NCBI GenBank assembly: GCA_902597265.1
Contig: CACJXB010000001.1
Span: 1,069-65,068 of the forward strand
Origin: an uncultured Pelagibacteraceae bacterium
Lineage (GTDB): Bacteria > Pseudomonadota > Alphaproteobacteria > Pelagibacterales > Pelagibacteraceae
DNA: 64,000 nucleotides
Direction of reading: 5' to 3'
The stretch's first letter is position 1; each line of letters starts with the position of its first letter. The translations under genes were made by a program, and so were the position numbers. The notes below the pieces were generated by a model. That model did no database searches. It was not told where the DNA came from and worked only from the letters and a program-made list of their open reading frames with translations. Below, one piece after another: positions 1 through 12,120 of the stretch.

Positions 1-369
1 AATTGAATTTTTATCTTTTTCTTCAACATTTTCTAGAATTGCAATTGCATCATCTGACTCGAGGTTTTTCAAAATTCTAACAATTGAATCTGATGATAAA
101 TATTTAATGATTTCTATTTGCACTGACTCATTTAATTCAACAAAAACCTCAGGATTAATCTTGAAATTATTCAATTTAAGTAAATTTTCACGATCACCCT
201 GGCTTAAATGCTCAATAATATCTGCTGCATCTGCAGGATGCATTTCACTAAAAGAATTTGTGATAAAATCTATATCATTATTTATGATTTTATCTGTAAC
301 TACTTTGATGTATTCTTTATTGAATTCAAAGTTGACTTTTTTATCTTTGATTTTTTTAATTAAAGTCAT
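1..369 (-). CDS. mgtE: Mg2+ transporter MgtE, N-terminal part (runs off window start)
   Basis: Manual translation from ATG at 369: MTLIKKIK...MHPADAADIIEHL...LESDDAIAILE, typical MgtE N-domain motifs. Confidence 0.8.
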   Translation of the reverse strand, partial: MTLIKKIKDKKVNFEFNKEYIKVVTDKIINNDIDFITNSFSEMHPADAADIIEHLSQGDRENLLKLNNFKINPEVFVELNESVQIEIIKYLSSDSIVRILKNLESDDAIAILENVEEKDKNSI

Positions 370-428
370 AAATTTACCTATTTTCAGATGGATCTTTTAA
401 TACAAAATGAGAAGAATACAATTTTTAA

Positions 429-1049
429 ATGAATATAGAGATTAAAAAGTCAGAAAAACCTGTAAAATACGAAAGTGCAATTCAATTAATGGAAAATAGA
501 TTGGTTGATTTAAGTAAAGAAAAGACAAATGAATTAATTTGGACGTTAGAACATAATGAGATTTATACAGCTGGCACAAGTTTTGATGAAAATGAAATTT
601 TAGATAAGAAAATTAATGTAATAAAAACAAATCGAGGTGGAAAAATTACTTACCATGGACCAGGTCAATTAATTTGTTATTTTGTAATTGATTTAAAAAA
701 AAGAAAAAAAGATATAAGAAAATTTATATCAGTCATAGAAAAAACAATCATAGATACAATCAAATTTTATAATATTGACACGTTTCCCGATAAAAAAAAT
801 ATTGGTATTTGGTACAATGACGGATCTGAGATAAAAAAAGTTGCTGCAATTGGAGTTAGAGTAAGTAAATGGATAGCTTATCATGGTTTTGCAATAAATA
901 TCAATAATGATCTCAATAAGTATAAATCTATAGTACCTTGTGGTATTAAAGATAAGGGAGTGATAAATCTAAACACTATTAAAAGTCAAGATTATCATAA
1001 TTTAGAAAAAAAACTTATTGAAAATTTTATTATAAATCTAAAAAATTAA
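429..1049 (+). CDS. lipB: Lipoyl(octanoyl) transferase
   Basis: [35 protein letters not shown] motifs. Confidence 0.95.
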   Translation: MNIEIKKSEKPVKYESAIQLMENRLVDLSKEKTNELIWTLEHNEIYTAGTSFDENEILDKKINVIKTNRGGKITYHGPGQLICYFVIDLKKRKKDIRKFISVIEKTIIDTIKFYNIDTFPDKKNIGIWYNDGSEIKKVAAIGVRVSKWIAYHGFAININNDLNKYKSIVPCGIKDKGVINLNTIKSQDYHNLEKKLIENFIINLKN

Positions 1050-1944
1050 GTCTCTTACTTTTTATTAATTTTTTAAAATATTCTGGTAACAAAGCTTTGT
1101 AAGTAAACTTTTTATTTTTAATCATAAATTTAATTTGATAAGAATGTAACATCAATTTTTTATTTGTCTTTTTAATTGAATCAATCAATTTATATTTTCT
1201 ATCTCCATATATAGGATGACCAATATTAAATAATTGTTTCCTTAATTGATGCTTTCTTCCAGTAATTGGTTTCATTTCAACTAAACTTGAGCTAGAGTTT
1301 TTATCTAATACTTTATAAATAGTTTTAGCTTTTTCTATAATTTTTTTTTTATTATCATATCTTATTAAATCATCATTCCATTCCCCTGAATTTTTTTCTA
1401 ACTCACCGTGACAAATTGCTAAATAAGTTTTATGAACTTTTCTAAGTCTAAAAAGTGATGTTAGTAACTGAGCAGATTTTCTATTTTTAGCCATGATAAA
1501 AACACCTGATGTTTCTTTATCTAATCTATGAACCGAAAAAGGTTTAGCACCTTCAAAAATTTTACTTTTTGAAAATATATCTATTAAGTTTTTTTTTGAT
1601 TTTGTTCCGCCCTGTACTGAAATTCCTGAGCTTTTATTAAGGACAATAAAATCCTCATTATTGTCAATAATCAAATCTTCATTTTCTTTTATAGTTGTGT
1701 TTGACGGAGTAAATTTTACTTTATCATTTGGTATTTTATGTTGAAAACTAAGATTAAAAACTGCAATTCTATCGTTTAACTTTAATTTAAATGAACTTTT
1801 TACTTTTTTTTTATTTAATTTAATTTTTCCATTTCTTAGATTTTTTTCGATTAAACTTTGAGGTAGATTTCCTAATTTATTTCTCAAAAATCTATCAATT
1901 CGCATATTGACAAATGTTGAGTCAACAACAAAACTTTTATTCAT
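1030..1944 (-). CDS. rluC: RluA-family 23S rRNA pseudouridine synthase with S4 domain (RluC-like)
   Basis: RIDRFL S4 start, [23 protein letters not shown] motifs. Confidence 0.8.
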   Translation of the reverse strand: MNKSFVVDSTFVNMRIDRFLRNKLGNLPQSLIEKNLRNGKIKLNKKKVKSSFKLKLNDRIAVFNLSFQHKIPNDKVKFTPSNTTIKENEDLIIDNNEDFIVLNKSSGISVQGGTKSKKNLIDIFSKSKIFEGAKPFSVHRLDKETSGVFIMAKNRKSAQLLTSLFRLRKVHKTYLAICHGELEKNSGEWNDDLIRYDNKKKIIEKAKTIYKVLDKNSSSSLVEMKPITGRKHQLRKQLFNIGHPIYGDRKYKLIDSIKKTNKKLMLHSYQIKFMIKNKKFTYKALLPEYFKKLIKSKRLNFLDL

Positions 1945-1962
1945 GAATTATATTTAAAAATT

Positions 1963-2409
1963 TTATTTTGATGAGGCTACTTTTTTATCTTCTTGAATTG
2001 TGGTCTTTTTTTTGTCGTCTTTCTTTTTTCTATCAACCCTTTTTGCCTCTAAATCTCTATCTACAAACTCTATGATTGCCATTGGTGCATTATCACCATA
2101 TCTAAAACCAGCTTTAACGATTCGAGTGTATCCGCCATTTCTTTTTTCATATCTTTTGGATAATGTTTTTTTTACTTTATTTGCAGATTGTGAGTTTTGT
2201 AATTTTGAGACTAATAATCTTGTTGTTTGTAACGAATCTCTTTTTCCTAATGTAATTATCTTGTCAGCCTGAGGTTTTAAAAACTTAGCTTTTGGTAAAG
2301 TAGTCTTTATCTGTTCATATTTGATTAATGAGTTAAGCATATTCATTAACAAAGCTTTTCTGTGTTCAGAAGTTCTATTTAACTTTTTATTGGCCATTCC
2401 ATGTCTCAT
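1963..2409 (-). CDS. rplQ: 50S ribosomal protein L17
   Basis: [24 protein letters not shown]. Confidence 0.97.
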   Translation of the reverse strand: MRHGMANKKLNRTSEHRKALLMNMLNSLIKYEQIKTTLPKAKFLKPQADKIITLGKRDSLQTTRLLVSKLQNSQSANKVKKTLSKRYEKRNGGYTRIVKAGFRYGDNAPMAIIEFVDRDLEAKRVDRKKKDDKKKTTIQEDKKVASSK

Positions 2410-3437
2410 TAAATAGCCTCCTCCAGTTTTTTAGACATTTCAGCAATATTATCTGGTGGCCAATTTGGAATTTCCATACCTAGATACAATGACATACCAG
2501 TTAAAACCTCTTTAATTTCATTAAGAGATTTTCTTCCAAAATTAGGAGTTCTTAACATTTCTCCCTCTGATTTTTGAACTAAATCACCTATGTAGATAAT
2601 ATTATCATTTTTTAAACAATTCATTGATCTCACCGATAGCTCTAACTCGTCAACTTTTCTTAATAAATTTTTATTAAACTCAGGCTCAGTTGAAACTTCT
2701 TTTACTGGAACTTCGACTGGCTCATCAAAATTTATAAACATTTTTAATTGATCTTGAAAAATTCTTGCTGAATAAGCAACTGCATCCTCAGCAGATATTG
2801 ATCCATTAGTTTCTACCACCATTGTTAACTTATCATAATCTAAAGCTTTTCCCTCTCTAGCCGTACTTACTGAGTATGAAACTTTTTTTACAGGACTATA
2901 TAAAGAGTCTATGGCTATTAACCCTAAAGGTGGCTCTTCTGGTTTATTTAATTCAGCAGGCACATAACCTTTTCCAGTATTTACATTCATTTCCATGTGA
3001 AAATTCGTATTTTCATCTAAGTTACAAATTACTAGATCAGGATTCAGTATTTCGACATCAGCAACAGGGGTAATATTTGATGCTTTGATTTCACCCGGAC
3101 CTTTTGCATCTAAAACAAGTTTTTTTGTACCCTCAGATGAACATTTCAAAGCTAAAGACTTAACATTTAAAACAATATCAGTGACATCTTCTCTTACACC
3201 TTTGATAGATGTAAATTCATGTAAAACTCCATCAATTTGAATTGAAGTGACAGCCGCACCTCTTATAGATGATAAAAGAATTCTTCTTAGTGAATTACCT
3301 AATGTTAGTCCATAACCTTTTTCTAATGGTTCAGCTATAATTGTAGCTTGGGTTAAATCATCGCTTATCTTTACATCTAGTTTAGTTGGTTTAATAAGTG
3401 ATTTCCAATTTTTAACGTTTACGTTTTCAGTTTCCAT
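2409..3437 (-). CDS. rpoA: RNA polymerase alpha subunit
   Basis: [39 protein letters not shown]. Confidence 0.98.
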   Translation of the reverse strand: METENVNVKNWKSLIKPTKLDVKISDDLTQATIIAEPLEKGYGLTLGNSLRRILLSSIRGAAVTSIQIDGVLHEFTSIKGVREDVTDIVLNVKSLALKCSSEGTKKLVLDAKGPGEIKASNITPVADVEILNPDLVICNLDENTNFHMEMNVNTGKGYVPAELNKPEEPPLGLIAIDSLYSPVKKVSYSVSTAREGKALDYDKLTMVVETNGSISAEDAVAYSARIFQDQLKMFINFDEPVEVPVKEVSTEPEFNKNLLRKVDELELSVRSMNCLKNDNIIYIGDLVQKSEGEMLRTPNFGRKSLNEIKEVLTGMSLYLGMEIPNWPPDNIAEMSKKLEEAI

Positions 3438-3886
3438 TAAACTCTCCTTTTTTTTGGCGGTCTTGTACCGTTATGTGGCATTGGTGTAGTATCTTTTATA
3501 GATAAAATTTTAAAACCTCTTGCTTGCAAAGCTCTCAAAGCAGTTTCCCTACCTGATCCAGGACCTTTAACCTCGACAGATAATGTTTTCATTCCAAATT
3601 CTAATGCTTTGGAAGCAGCTGAGTCTGCAGCGATTTGAGCTGCATATGGAGTTGATTTTCTTGATCCTTTAAAACCCTTCTGACCAGCTGAAGCCCATGA
3701 AATTACATTTCCGTTTGTATCAGCAATAGAAATTATCGTATTATTAAATGTAGACTGCACATAGGCAATACCATTTAAAATATTTTTTTTTGTTTTTTTC
3801 TTTTTTGAATAAGAGCTTTTAGCTACTTTCTTTAAAGATTTTTCAACTTTTTGGTCTTTACTTTCAACCTTATCAACTTTAGCCAT
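3437..3886 (-). CDS. rpsK: 30S ribosomal protein S11 (Lys-rich N-terminal extension)
   Basis: [31 protein letters not shown]. Confidence 0.97.
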   Translation of the reverse strand: MAKVDKVESKDQKVEKSLKKVAKSSYSKKKKTKKNILNGIAYVQSTFNNTIISIADTNGNVISWASAGQKGFKGSRKSTPYAAQIAADSAASKALEFGMKTLSVEVKGPGSGRETALRALQARGFKILSIKDTTPMPHNGTRPPKKRRV

Positions 3887-3888
3887 AA

Positions 3889-4272
3889 TTATTTTTTAAG
3901 CGGTGTTAATTTTTTACCAGCAATAGCAATTGCTTTACCTTTTCTCGTTCTAGCATTACATCTCGTTCTTTGACCTCTTACAGGTAATTTTTTCCTATGT
4001 CTTGAGCCTCTATAACAAGCTAGGTCGATTAATCTTTTTATACTTAAAGAATAGTCTCTTCTTAAATCTCCCTCAACTTTAAAATTTTGATCAATATACT
4101 CTCTTATTTTTAAGATTTCCTCATCTGTTAATTGATTTACTCTTTTTTCTCTCGGAATTTCCAAAGATTTGCAAATTTTTTGAGAAAACTTATCACCAAT
4201 ACCATAAATATAAGTTAACCCTATATGGACTAATTTATTCTGTGGAATATTAATACCTGCAATACGAGCCAT
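3889..4272 (-). CDS. rpsM: 30S ribosomal protein S13
   Basis: [25 protein letters not shown]. Confidence 0.97.
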   Translation of the reverse strand: MARIAGINIPQNKLVHIGLTYIYGIGDKFSQKICKSLEIPREKRVNQLTDEEILKIREYIDQNFKVEGDLRRDYSLSIKRLIDLACYRGSRHRKKLPVRGQRTRCNARTRKGKAIAIAGKKLTPLKK

Positions 4273-4295
4273 AAATTTTGAGATAAATTTAGCCT

Positions 4296-4323
4296 TTTAT
4301 ATAAGAAGATCTTCCAAAGTCAA
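4296..4323 (-). promoter_or_regulatory. Putative sigma70 promoter of the alpha operon
   Basis: TTGACT-16nt-TATAAA on minus strand upstream of rpsM. Confidence 0.55.
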
Positions 4324-4327
4324 TGTC

Positions 4328-4891
4328 TTAAACCTTAAGAAAAGCCCCTATTTTATTGGTAATTTGATCAATTTCTAGACCACCATCAATTTCGTAAAAA
4401 TTTGGTTTTTTTGAGTAGAATTCTAATACTGGTTTTGTTGTTTCCATATATGTATCGTATCTTTTCAGAATGGTATCCAATTCATCATCTGATCTTTTTT
4501 CTATTATTTTTCTCTTTTGAATTCTTTTAATTATTGTGTCCTTGTTAACATTTAGAAAAAAAATAAAATCAATTTTTTGATTTGAGTTTTTTAATAGTAA
4601 ATCTAGCTTCTCAGCCTGAGTTAATGATCTTGGATATCCATCAAATATTAATTTTCCTTTTTTTTGATTATCAAATATAACATTCTTAATTAAATTATTA
4701 ACGATCTCATCGCTTACAAATTTTCCTTCGTTCATATCATCAATTATTTTTTTTCCAATATCTGAATTTTTTTGTATCTCGTCTCTTAACATGTCACCTG
4801 TGGATATTTGATAACCTTTAAGTTTTGTTACTAAAAATTTTGCTTGAGTGCCTTTTCCAGCTCCAGGAGGTCCAAACAGGATAATATTCAC
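4328..4891 (-). CDS. adk: Adenylate kinase (short, LID-less type), GTG start
   Basis: GPPGAGKGTQ, STGDMLR, DGYPR, RSDD. Confidence 0.95.
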   Translation of the reverse strand: MNIILFGPPGAGKGTQAKFLVTKLKGYQISTGDMLRDEIQKNSDIGKKIIDDMNEGKFVSDEIVNNLIKNVIFDNQKKGKLIFDGYPRSLTQAEKLDLLLKNSNQKIDFIFFLNVNKDTIIKRIQKRKIIEKRSDDELDTILKRYDTYMETTKPVLEFYSKKPNFYEIDGGLEIDQITNKIGAFLKV

Positions 4892-6175
4892 TTAAGATCT
4901 TCCAAACTTTGTTTTTTTTATTAGTTGTTCGTATTGCGAACTCATAAGTCTAGTTTGAATTTGAGTGACTGTGTCAATTGCAACCACAACTACAATCAAA
5001 ATTGAGGTACCGCCTAAATAAAATGGTATCGGATAATTTGCAATCAAAAATTCAGGCATCAGACAAACAAGTGTTAAATATAATGCTCCAATTGTTGTTA
5101 ATTTTGTCAAAATATTTTCTATGTATAAAGCAGTGCTCTCACCAGGGCGAATACCAGGAATAAATCCTCCATACTTTCTTAAATTATCAGCAGTCTCTAC
5201 AGGATTAAAAGTAATTGAAGTGTAAAAGAAAGTAAAAAAAATTATTCCAGAAGCATATAATAACATATACAAAGGCTGCCCCTGAGTAAAATAAGAGCTT
5301 AAATTTAAAAAAGTTTCGTTATCAGAAAAATTAAAATTAGAAAAGGTAACTGGCAATAACAGTAATGCAGATGCAAATATTGCGGGAATCACGCCTGCTT
5401 GATTTATCTTAAGTGGAAGATGTGATGACTCTCCTCCATACATTTTATTACCCATCTGTCTTTTAGGGTAATTAATTAAAATTTTCCTCAAAGCTCGCTC
5501 CATAAAAACAATAAATAAAATTGTTAAAATTAATAAAACAAAAATTCCAATTATCATAACAGTTGATATTGCACCAGTTCTACCTAATTCAAAAGTTGTA
5601 ACCAAAGCTCTTGGGATTTCAGCTACAATACCAGCAAAAATTATTAGAGATATTCCATTACCAATTCCTCTTTGAGTAATTTGTTCTCCTAACCACATAA
5701 GAAATATTGTTCCTGCCACGATAGTAGTTACAGTCGAAACCTTAAAAAATAAACCTGGATTAATAACTAAATTCGCAGATGATTCTAATCCAACAGCTAA
5801 ACCATATCCTTGTACAGTTGCTAATAAAACTGTTCCATATCTTGTTATCTGAGTTATTTTTGATCTGCCTATCTCACCTTGGGCTTTCAAATTTTTAAAA
5901 TAATCAGAAACTCCTGTTAAAAGTTGAACAATGATTGATGAGGAAATATATGGCATAATTCCTAAAGCAAAAATTGCCATTCTACTCACAGCACCTCCAG
6001 CAAATACGTTAAACATTCCCAGTAACCCTTTTTGGTTTCCTTCCATCATTATTCTTAATTGCTCAGGGTCAATACCTGGTAAAGGAATAAATGTTCCTAA
6101 TCTGTAGACTGCAAGAATTGCAATTGTAAATATTATTCTATTTTTTAAATCATTACTTGATGAAGACGAACTCAT
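4892..6175 (-). CDS. secY: Preprotein translocase SecY
   Basis: FALGIMPYISSSII, GIGNGISLIIF, FIPGIRPG. Confidence 0.97.
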   Translation of the reverse strand: MSSSSSSNDLKNRIIFTIAILAVYRLGTFIPLPGIDPEQLRIMMEGNQKGLLGMFNVFAGGAVSRMAIFALGIMPYISSSIIVQLLTGVSDYFKNLKAQGEIGRSKITQITRYGTVLLATVQGYGLAVGLESSANLVINPGLFFKVSTVTTIVAGTIFLMWLGEQITQRGIGNGISLIIFAGIVAEIPRALVTTFELGRTGAISTVMIIGIFVLLILTILFIVFMERALRKILINYPKRQMGNKMYGGESSHLPLKINQAGVIPAIFASALLLLPVTFSNFNFSDNETFLNLSSYFTQGQPLYMLLYASGIIFFTFFYTSITFNPVETADNLRKYGGFIPGIRPGESTALYIENILTKLTTIGALYLTLVCLMPEFLIANYPIPFYLGGTSILIVVVVAIDTVTQIQTRLMSSQYEQLIKKTKFGRS

Positions 6176-6185
6176 AAACTAATAA

Positions 6186-6638
6186 TTATTTTTTTAATTG
6201 AATAGAACCACCAACTTTTTCAAGTTTTTCTACTGCCGATTTTGAGGCTAAATCTGCCTCTATATTAATTTTATCTTTAATTTCACCCGACCCTAAAATT
6301 TTAAGTTTTACAGAATTCTTGTTTATTAATTTTAATTTTTTTAACAAAGATGTGTTTATAGTGTCATTAGCTTTGATATTTTTTTTATCGATATATAACT
6401 GAATTTTTTCTAAGTTTAGAATTGCAATATTTTTATTTCCAATAGGATTAAATCCTCTTTTTGGCAGTCTTCTATATAACGGCATTTGACCGCCCTCAAA
6501 ACTTTTTATAGCCACACCTGATCTAGATTTTTGTCCTTTTACACCTCTGCCTGAGGTTTTGCCTTTGCCTGAACCTATCCCTCTACCAACTCTAATTTTG
6601 GTTTTGTTTAATTTTACTCTATTATTTAATGTAATCAT
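6186..6638 (-). CDS. rplO: 50S ribosomal protein L15
   Basis: [34 protein letters not shown]. Confidence 0.97.
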   Translation of the reverse strand: MITLNNRVKLNKTKIRVGRGIGSGKGKTSGRGVKGQKSRSGVAIKSFEGGQMPLYRRLPKRGFNPIGNKNIAILNLEKIQLYIDKKNIKANDTINTSLLKKLKLINKNSVKLKILGSGEIKDKINIEADLASKSAVEKLEKVGGSIQLKK

Positions 6639-7150
6639 TATCCTCTTTTTTCTATAATTTCTGATATTTTCTTATTCCTAATTGTAGAGATTTGTTTTGG
6701 TGAACTTTGCTTTAACAAAGCTTTCATTGTGGCTCTTATGACATTATGAGCATTAGAAGTGCCCATAGATTTTGCAACAATATCTTTAACACCCAATACT
6801 TCGCAGACAGCTCTAACTGGCCCTCCTGCTATTATACCTGTTCCTTTAGAGGCAGCCCTTAATACTATTTTCCCTGATCCATCCTTTGCCTTAACATCGT
6901 GATGAATAGTTCTTCCCTCTCTTAATGGAATATGTATCAATTTTCTTCTTGCCATTTCATTTGCTTTTTTTATAGCATCAGGAACTTGTTTAGCTTTAGC
7001 ATGAGCTATTCCAATTCTTCCAGCTTGATTTCCTACAACTACTAACGCTGAGAAACCAAACCTTCTACCACCTTTAACAACTTTGGTTATTCGGTTAATA
7101 TGAACAAGTTTTTCAAGAATATTATCACTATTTTTATCTTTATTTTCCAT
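6638..7150 (-). CDS. rpsE: 30S ribosomal protein S5 (start taken at ATG 7150)
   Basis: [26 protein letters not shown]. Confidence 0.95.
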   Translation of the reverse strand: MENKDKNSDNILEKLVHINRITKVVKGGRRFGFSALVVVGNQAGRIGIAHAKAKQVPDAIKKANEMARRKLIHIPLREGRTIHHDVKAKDGSGKIVLRAASKGTGIIAGGPVRAVCEVLGVKDIVAKSMGTSNAHNVIRATMKALLKQSSPKQISTIRNKKISEIIEKRG

Positions 7151-7151
7151 A

Positions 7152-7508
7152 TTAGAGTTCCATCCCATTTTTTCTTAAAGTTTCAGCAAATATTTTTATT
7201 CTTCCATGATATTTATAAACACCTCTATCAAAAAATATTTTTGTTATTTTTTTTTCTTGAGCTTTTTTTGCCAGTTTTTCTGCTACAATTTTTGACAACT
7301 CAGATTTATTAACTTTAGATTTGGATTTTATGTCTTTTTCGATTGAAGATGCTGCTAAAAGTGTGATATTTTTTTTATCATCAATTATTTGAGCTGAAAT
7401 ATTTCTTGATGATCTTGATATACTTAATCTAAATCTTCCATCTGAGGCAACTTTTTTGACCTTATTGCTAACTCTAAATCTTTTTCTAGTTGTTGTGTTA
7501 AGCTTCAT
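7152..7508 (-). CDS. rplR: 50S ribosomal protein L18
   Basis: [20 protein letters not shown]. Confidence 0.95.
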   Translation of the reverse strand: MKLNTTTRKRFRVSNKVKKVASDGRFRLSISRSSRNISAQIIDDKKNITLLAASSIEKDIKSKSKVNKSELSKIVAEKLAKKAQEKKITKIFFDRGVYKYHGRIKIFAETLRKNGMEL

Positions 7509-8044
7509 TATTTTTTCTTTCCCTCTTTTTTAAGAACATATTGTCCTTTTTCTCTGACACCTTTACCTTTATATGGCTCAATTTTTCTCAAAGTTTTCAA
7601 CTTAGAAGCTACTGAACCAACTTTTTGTTTATCTGAACCAGTTATCTTTAATGTAGTTTGTTTTTCTACAGCTATCTTAATTCCATCAGGAATATCAAAA
7701 TCTATGTCATGACTATAGCCAAGTTGAAGGTTCAATTTATTTCCTTTTAATGCCGCTCTGTATCCAACTCCCACTAATTCAAGTATTTTTTCATAACCCG
7801 TGCTTGATCCAATTACAGCGTTGTTTATTAAACTTCTATTCATACCCCACAACCTTTTTGTGTTTTCATCAATTTTTTTAGGTTTAATTGAAATTTCTTT
7901 GTCTTTAATATCAAGGTTAAAGATATCTAAGTCGATGTCAATTGAGCTTTTACCTTGTGGGCCCTCTACATTTAAAATATTACCTGCTAAAGCGACTTTT
8001 ACTTTATCAGGGATAGATATATTTATTTTACCAATTTTAGACAT
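7508..8044 (-). CDS. rplF: 50S ribosomal protein L6
   Basis: MSKIGK, GVGYRA, EPYKGKG. Confidence 0.97.
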   Translation of the reverse strand: MSKIGKINISIPDKVKVALAGNILNVEGPQGKSSIDIDLDIFNLDIKDKEISIKPKKIDENTKRLWGMNRSLINNAVIGSSTGYEKILELVGVGYRAALKGNKLNLQLGYSHDIDFDIPDGIKIAVEKQTTLKITGSDKQKVGSVASKLKTLRKIEPYKGKGVREKGQYVLKKEGKKK

Positions 8045-8439
8045 TAAAATACCTTACAAATAATTTCTCCACCTACACGTTGTTTTCTTGCATCAATATC
8101 AGTCATAACACCTTTGGGTGTAGAAATAATTGCAATACCAAGACCATTATTTATCTTTGGTAATCCATCAGCACTTGAAAAAATTCTTCTTCCTGGTTTT
8201 GATACTCTTTCAAAAGCGCTTATCACTGGATTTCCTGAGTGATACTTTAGCTCTAAAGATAATATTGATTTATTATTATCCGTGCTAACTTTAAAATCTT
8301 TTATAAATCCCTCATTTTTCAATATATCAGCAATTTTTGTTTTAAAATTAGAAGATGGCAAACTAACTTTTTTATGACTTCTATCTTGAGCATTTTTTAC
8401 TCTTGCAATCATATCTCCTATTGGGTCACTTAAACTCAT
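8044..8439 (-). CDS. rpsH: 30S ribosomal protein S8
   Basis: DPIGDMIAR, SKPGRR, STPKGVMTD. Confidence 0.97.
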   Translation of the reverse strand: MSLSDPIGDMIARVKNAQDRSHKKVSLPSSNFKTKIADILKNEGFIKDFKVSTDNNKSILSLELKYHSGNPVISAFERVSKPGRRIFSSADGLPKINNGLGIAIISTPKGVMTDIDARKQRVGGEIICKVF

Positions 8440-8449
8440 ATTATCCTTT

Positions 8450-8755
8450 CTACCAACTTGATTTTACTAATCCAGGTATCTTTCCTTGCAATCCGAGTTG
8501 ACGTAATGCAATCCTAGATATTCTTAATTTTCTATAAACACCGTGAGGTCTTCCAGTAATTTGACACCTGTTCATCACTCTTACTTTAGCTGAATTTCTT
8601 GGCAACTTTGATAATTTTTGTTGCGCTATAAATCTTTCATCTAGCGGGAGCTTTTTATTCATAATAATCTTTTTTAATTTTTCTCTTTTTTTATAAAACT
8701 TATTTGAAAGTTTTATTCTTCTATTATTCTTATTAATTGAACTTAATTTAGCCAT
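8450..8755 (-). CDS. rpsN: 30S ribosomal protein S14 (long, non-Zn type)
   Basis: NRCQITGRPHG, PGLVKSSW. Confidence 0.97.
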   Translation of the reverse strand: MAKLSSINKNNRRIKLSNKFYKKREKLKKIIMNKKLPLDERFIAQQKLSKLPRNSAKVRVMNRCQITGRPHGVYRKLRISRIALRQLGLQGKIPGLVKSSW

Positions 8756-8756
8756 T

Positions 8757-9311
8757 CTAGTTATCTCCTTTTTTAATAAATGGGAAATTTAACTTTTCTA
8801 ATAAAGCAAAACTGTGTTCCTTTTTTTTAGCAGATATAACAATAATTATATCTAACCCTCTTACTTTATCTGCTCTATCAAAACTAACCTCTGGAAAAAT
8901 AATATGTTCTTTTACTCCAAATGAATAATTTCCAAAATTATCAAAACCATTTACAGATAACCCTCTAAAATCTTTTATTCTTGGCAAAGCTATATTTACA
9001 AGTCTATCTAGAAATTCATACATCTTATCTTTTCTTAAAGTTACTTTTAAACCTGCATTCGATCCTTTACGAGTTTTAAAATTTGCAACTGATTTTTTAA
9101 ATTTTGTTATGACAGGTTTTTGACCAGTTATCTTTGCTAAATCTTCCTCACACGATTTTAAAACTTTAGAGTCATTTCCATCTAGTCCTAAACCCATATT
9201 TAAAATAACTTTTTGTATTTTAGGTCCCATATATATATTTTTTAAGCCTAACTTTGTTTTTAAATCAGGTTGAATTTCTTTAAAATACAAATCTTTTAAT
9301 CTTGGTGTCAT
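8757..9311 (-). CDS. rplE: 50S ribosomal protein L5
   Basis: ITGQKP, KVTLR, LPRIKDFRG. Confidence 0.97.
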   Translation of the reverse strand: MTPRLKDLYFKEIQPDLKTKLGLKNIYMGPKIQKVILNMGLGLDGNDSKVLKSCEEDLAKITGQKPVITKFKKSVANFKTRKGSNAGLKVTLRKDKMYEFLDRLVNIALPRIKDFRGLSVNGFDNFGNYSFGVKEHIIFPEVSFDRADKVRGLDIIIVISAKKKEHSFALLEKLNFPFIKKGDN

Positions 9312-9559
9312 TATTTTTTCACCTCAACTTTTTTGTTTTTCTTTTTTTCCTCTACTAATTTTAAATTAGATAAATTAATAAAGCTTTCGATTGAAACAAT
9401 TCCACCTTTTTTTTCTTTTGTTGTTTTAATATGTTTCTTTACCATGTTAATATCTTTAACTTTCGCTCTATTATTTTGTCTATCTATTTCAATTATTTCA
9501 CCTTCTTTTTTTTTATCTTTTCCAGTTAAAACAATTACTTTAAGACCTTTCTTAATCAT
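9311..9559 (-). CDS. rplX: 50S ribosomal protein L24 (short, 82 aa)
   Basis: KOW motif [13 protein letters not shown], position between rplN and rplE. Confidence 0.92.
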   Translation of the reverse strand: MIKKGLKVIVLTGKDKKKEGEIIEIDRQNNRAKVKDINMVKKHIKTTKEKKGGIVSIESFINLSNLKLVEEKKKNKKVEVKK

Positions 9560-9927
9560 TATAAAACCTCCGGCGCTAAAGAAATTATTTTCATTTGACC
9601 TCGATTTCTTAATTCTCTTGTCACTGGTCCAAATATTCTTGTTCCAACAGGTTCACCTTTATCATCAACTAAAACTGCAGCATTATTGTCAAATCTTACT
9701 TTAGACCCATCATCTCTATGAATACCTTTTTTAACTCTCACAACCACAGCTTTATGAACAGAGCCTTTTTTAACTTTACCTTTTGGTATTGCCTCTTTTA
9801 CAGCAATTACTATTGTGTCACCTATGCTCGCATATCGTCTTTTTGATCCACCTAAAACTTTAATACACTCGATTTTTTTTGCTCCAGTGTTGTCAGCAAC
9901 TAATAATTCTGTTTGTACTTGTATCAT
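9559..9927 (-). CDS. rplN: 50S ribosomal protein L14
   Basis: [22 protein letters not shown]. Confidence 0.97.
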   Translation of the reverse strand: MIQVQTELLVADNTGAKKIECIKVLGGSKRRYASIGDTIVIAVKEAIPKGKVKKGSVHKAVVVRVKKGIHRDDGSKVRFDNNAAVLVDDKGEPVGTRIFGPVTRELRNRGQMKIISLAPEVL

Positions 9928-10163
9928 TATTTTAAACCATCCATTACTTGAAATCTTTTGTTTTTAGAAATTGGTTTACTTTCGATAATAGAAACTTTAT
10001 CACCAACTTTAAATTTATTGTCCTCATCATGCGCATTATATTTTTTTCTTACTTTAACTACCTTTTTTAATAATGGATGAGAATATTTTCTTTCAACCAT
10101 TACTGTAATAGTTTTGTTTGGTTTATCACTCACTACTATACCTTTTAGTATTTTTTTAGGCAT
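9927..10163 (-). CDS. rpsQ: 30S ribosomal protein S17
   Basis: GIVVSDK..KT, HDE, PISKNK. Confidence 0.95.
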   Translation of the reverse strand: MPKKILKGIVVSDKPNKTITVMVERKYSHPLLKKVVKVRKKYNAHDEDNKFKVGDKVSIIESKPISKNKRFQVMDGLK

Positions 10164-10344
10164 TTTTTCCTCTTAAAACAGTTTTAAGTCTTGCAATATT
10201 TTTTTTTGTCTCACTAATTTTAGCAGGATTTGTAACTTGCGAACTAATTTTTTGAAACCTAAAATTAAATAAATCTTTTTTAAATTTATCAATATTTTTT
10301 AAAATTTCATCTTTAGATAATTTTTTAATTTCTTTTTTTTTCAT
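10156..10344 (-). CDS. rpmC: 50S ribosomal protein L29
   Basis: [16 protein letters not shown], operon position. Confidence 0.93.
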   Translation of the reverse strand: MKKKEIKKLSKDEILKNIDKFKKDLFNFRFQKISSQVTNPAKISETKKNIARLKTVLRGKNA

Positions 10345-10755
10345 TTATGCAAACCTCTTAATAGTCTTAGTTTTGATAGGAAGTTTCGCAGAAGCTTTAT
10401 ATAATGCTTCTTTTGCAATTTGTTCTGACACTCCATCAACTTCAAATAAAATTCTACCTGGTTTTACTCTACACGCATAAAATTCTGGTGAACCTTTTCC
10501 TTTTCCCATTCTTACTTCAATTGGTTTTTTTGAGACAGGAATATTCGGGAAAATTCTAGTCCATACCCTTCCTTGTCTTTTCATATGCCTTGTTAGGGCA
10601 ACTCGGGCTGCTTCTATCTGTTTACCAGTCACTCTTTCTGGAGTTAAAGCTTTTAATGCATAGGCACCATAATTTATAAAATTAGCTCTAGAAGCATTAC
10701 CATGGATTCTTCCTTTATGGGCTTTTCGCCATTTTGTTCTTACTGGTTGAAGCAT
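10345..10755 (-). CDS. rplP: 50S ribosomal protein L16
   Basis: MLQP.RTKWRK, RMGKGKG. Confidence 0.97.
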   Translation of the reverse strand: MLQPVRTKWRKAHKGRIHGNASRANFINYGAYALKALTPERVTGKQIEAARVALTRHMKRQGRVWTRIFPNIPVSKKPIEVRMGKGKGSPEFYACRVKPGRILFEVDGVSEQIAKEALYKASAKLPIKTKTIKRFA

Positions 10756-10757
10756 TT

Positions 10758-11435
10758 TTATTTACCTTCCTTTGGAGTAACCTTGTTTGTCTCTTGACTA
10801 AATTCTTTTGCAAAAACTTCTCCTTTGTAAATCCAAACTTTAATACCAATAATACCATAAGTTGTCAGCGCTTCTGCTTCAGCATAATCAATATCTGCTC
10901 TTAGTGTATGAGATGGTATACTTCCGTCTCTTAACCATTCAGTTCTTGCTATTTCATTTCCGCCAAGTCGACCACTCACAGAAACTTTTATCCCTTTAGC
11001 TCCTAATCTTAAACAAGATTGCATAGCCCTTTTCATTGCTCTTCTGTAAGAAATTCTTTTTACTAATTGTTGAGCAATATTTTCAGCTACAAGATAAGCA
11101 TTTGTTTCTGGTTTTTTGACTTCTTTAATATTTAGTGTAACTTCATTCGAAGTAAATTTTGATAAATTATTTTTAATTTTATCAATATCGCTTCCCTTTT
11201 TTCCAATAACGAACCCTGGCCTTGAAGTATAAATAGTTACATAACATTTATTTGCAGTCCTTTCGATCATTACTTTTGAAACTCCAGAATTTATTACATT
11301 TTTTTTAATATATTCTCGTATTTTAAAATCTTCGATTAAATAATTTCCAAAATCTTTCTTCTTAGCATACCAAACTGAGTCCCATCCTCTATTGACACCT
11401 AATCTAAAACCAACAGGATTAACTTTTTGCCCCAT
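10758..11435 (-). CDS. rpsC: 30S ribosomal protein S3
   Basis: [25 protein letters not shown]. Confidence 0.97.
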   Translation of the reverse strand: MGQKVNPVGFRLGVNRGWDSVWYAKKKDFGNYLIEDFKIREYIKKNVINSGVSKVMIERTANKCYVTIYTSRPGFVIGKKGSDIDKIKNNLSKFTSNEVTLNIKEVKKPETNAYLVAENIAQQLVKRISYRRAMKRAMQSCLRLGAKGIKVSVSGRLGGNEIARTEWLRDGSIPSHTLRADIDYAEAEALTTYGIIGIKVWIYKGEVFAKEFSQETNKVTPKEGK

Positions 11436-11817
11436 GTGCCTCCACTTTTTTTGCTTCTGAAAGAATAATTGTTACACTTGAAAAAGGTTTTAATATTGGC
11501 GCTGCTCTTCCCTTTGCTCTAGGTCTAAATCTTTTCATAATAATTTTTTTTCCACAATAAGCTTCTTTAACTATTAATTTATCAATATCATATTGAAAGT
11601 TATTCTCAGCATTCGCAACCGCTGAACTTATAGTTTTTCTTATATCTTTAGTGATTCTTTTCTCTGAAAATTGTAAATCTCTTATAGCTACTTCAACTTT
11701 TTTCCCAACTATATTTTTTAATATGGGATTTAATTTTCTTACACTAGATCTAATATTGTTATTTACAGATCTTACAATCTTATTCTTATTTAGGTCTTTT
11801 TTCTTTTTTTTACTCAT
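11419..11817 (-). CDS. rplV: 50S ribosomal protein L22
   Basis: [20 protein letters not shown]. Confidence 0.96.
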   Translation of the reverse strand: MSKKKKKDLNKNKIVRSVNNNIRSSVRKLNPILKNIVGKKVEVAIRDLQFSEKRITKDIRKTISSAVANAENNFQYDIDKLIVKEAYCGKKIIMKRFRPRAKGRAAPILKPFSSVTIILSEAKKVEAHGAKS

Positions 11818-11820
11818 ATC

Positions 11821-12120
11821 TTATTTTTTTTCATCCGCTTCTGCTGGTTTTGCTTTTTTATCAGCTGGTGTGTGTCCAAAAAAAGATCTAGTTGGTGCAA
11901 ACTCTCCTAATTTATGCCCAACCATATCCTCCGAAATAGTAATTGGAATGAATTTTTTTCCATTATAAATTAAAAAACTCACTCCTACAAAATCAGGAAT
12001 AATTGTAGACTTTCTAGACCATGTTTTAATAGGTATTTTTTTTGAGTCAGCTTTATATTTATCAACTTTTTTGATCAAACTAAGCTCAACAAAAGGCCCT
12101 TTCCACACAGCTCTTGCCAT
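11821..12120 (-). CDS. rpsS: 30S ribosomal protein S19
   Basis: [22 protein letters not shown]. Confidence 0.97.
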   Translation of the reverse strand: MARAVWKGPFVELSLIKKVDKYKADSKKIPIKTWSRKSTIIPDFVGVSFLIYNGKKFIPITISEDMVGHKLGEFAPTRSFFGHTPADKKAKPAEADEKK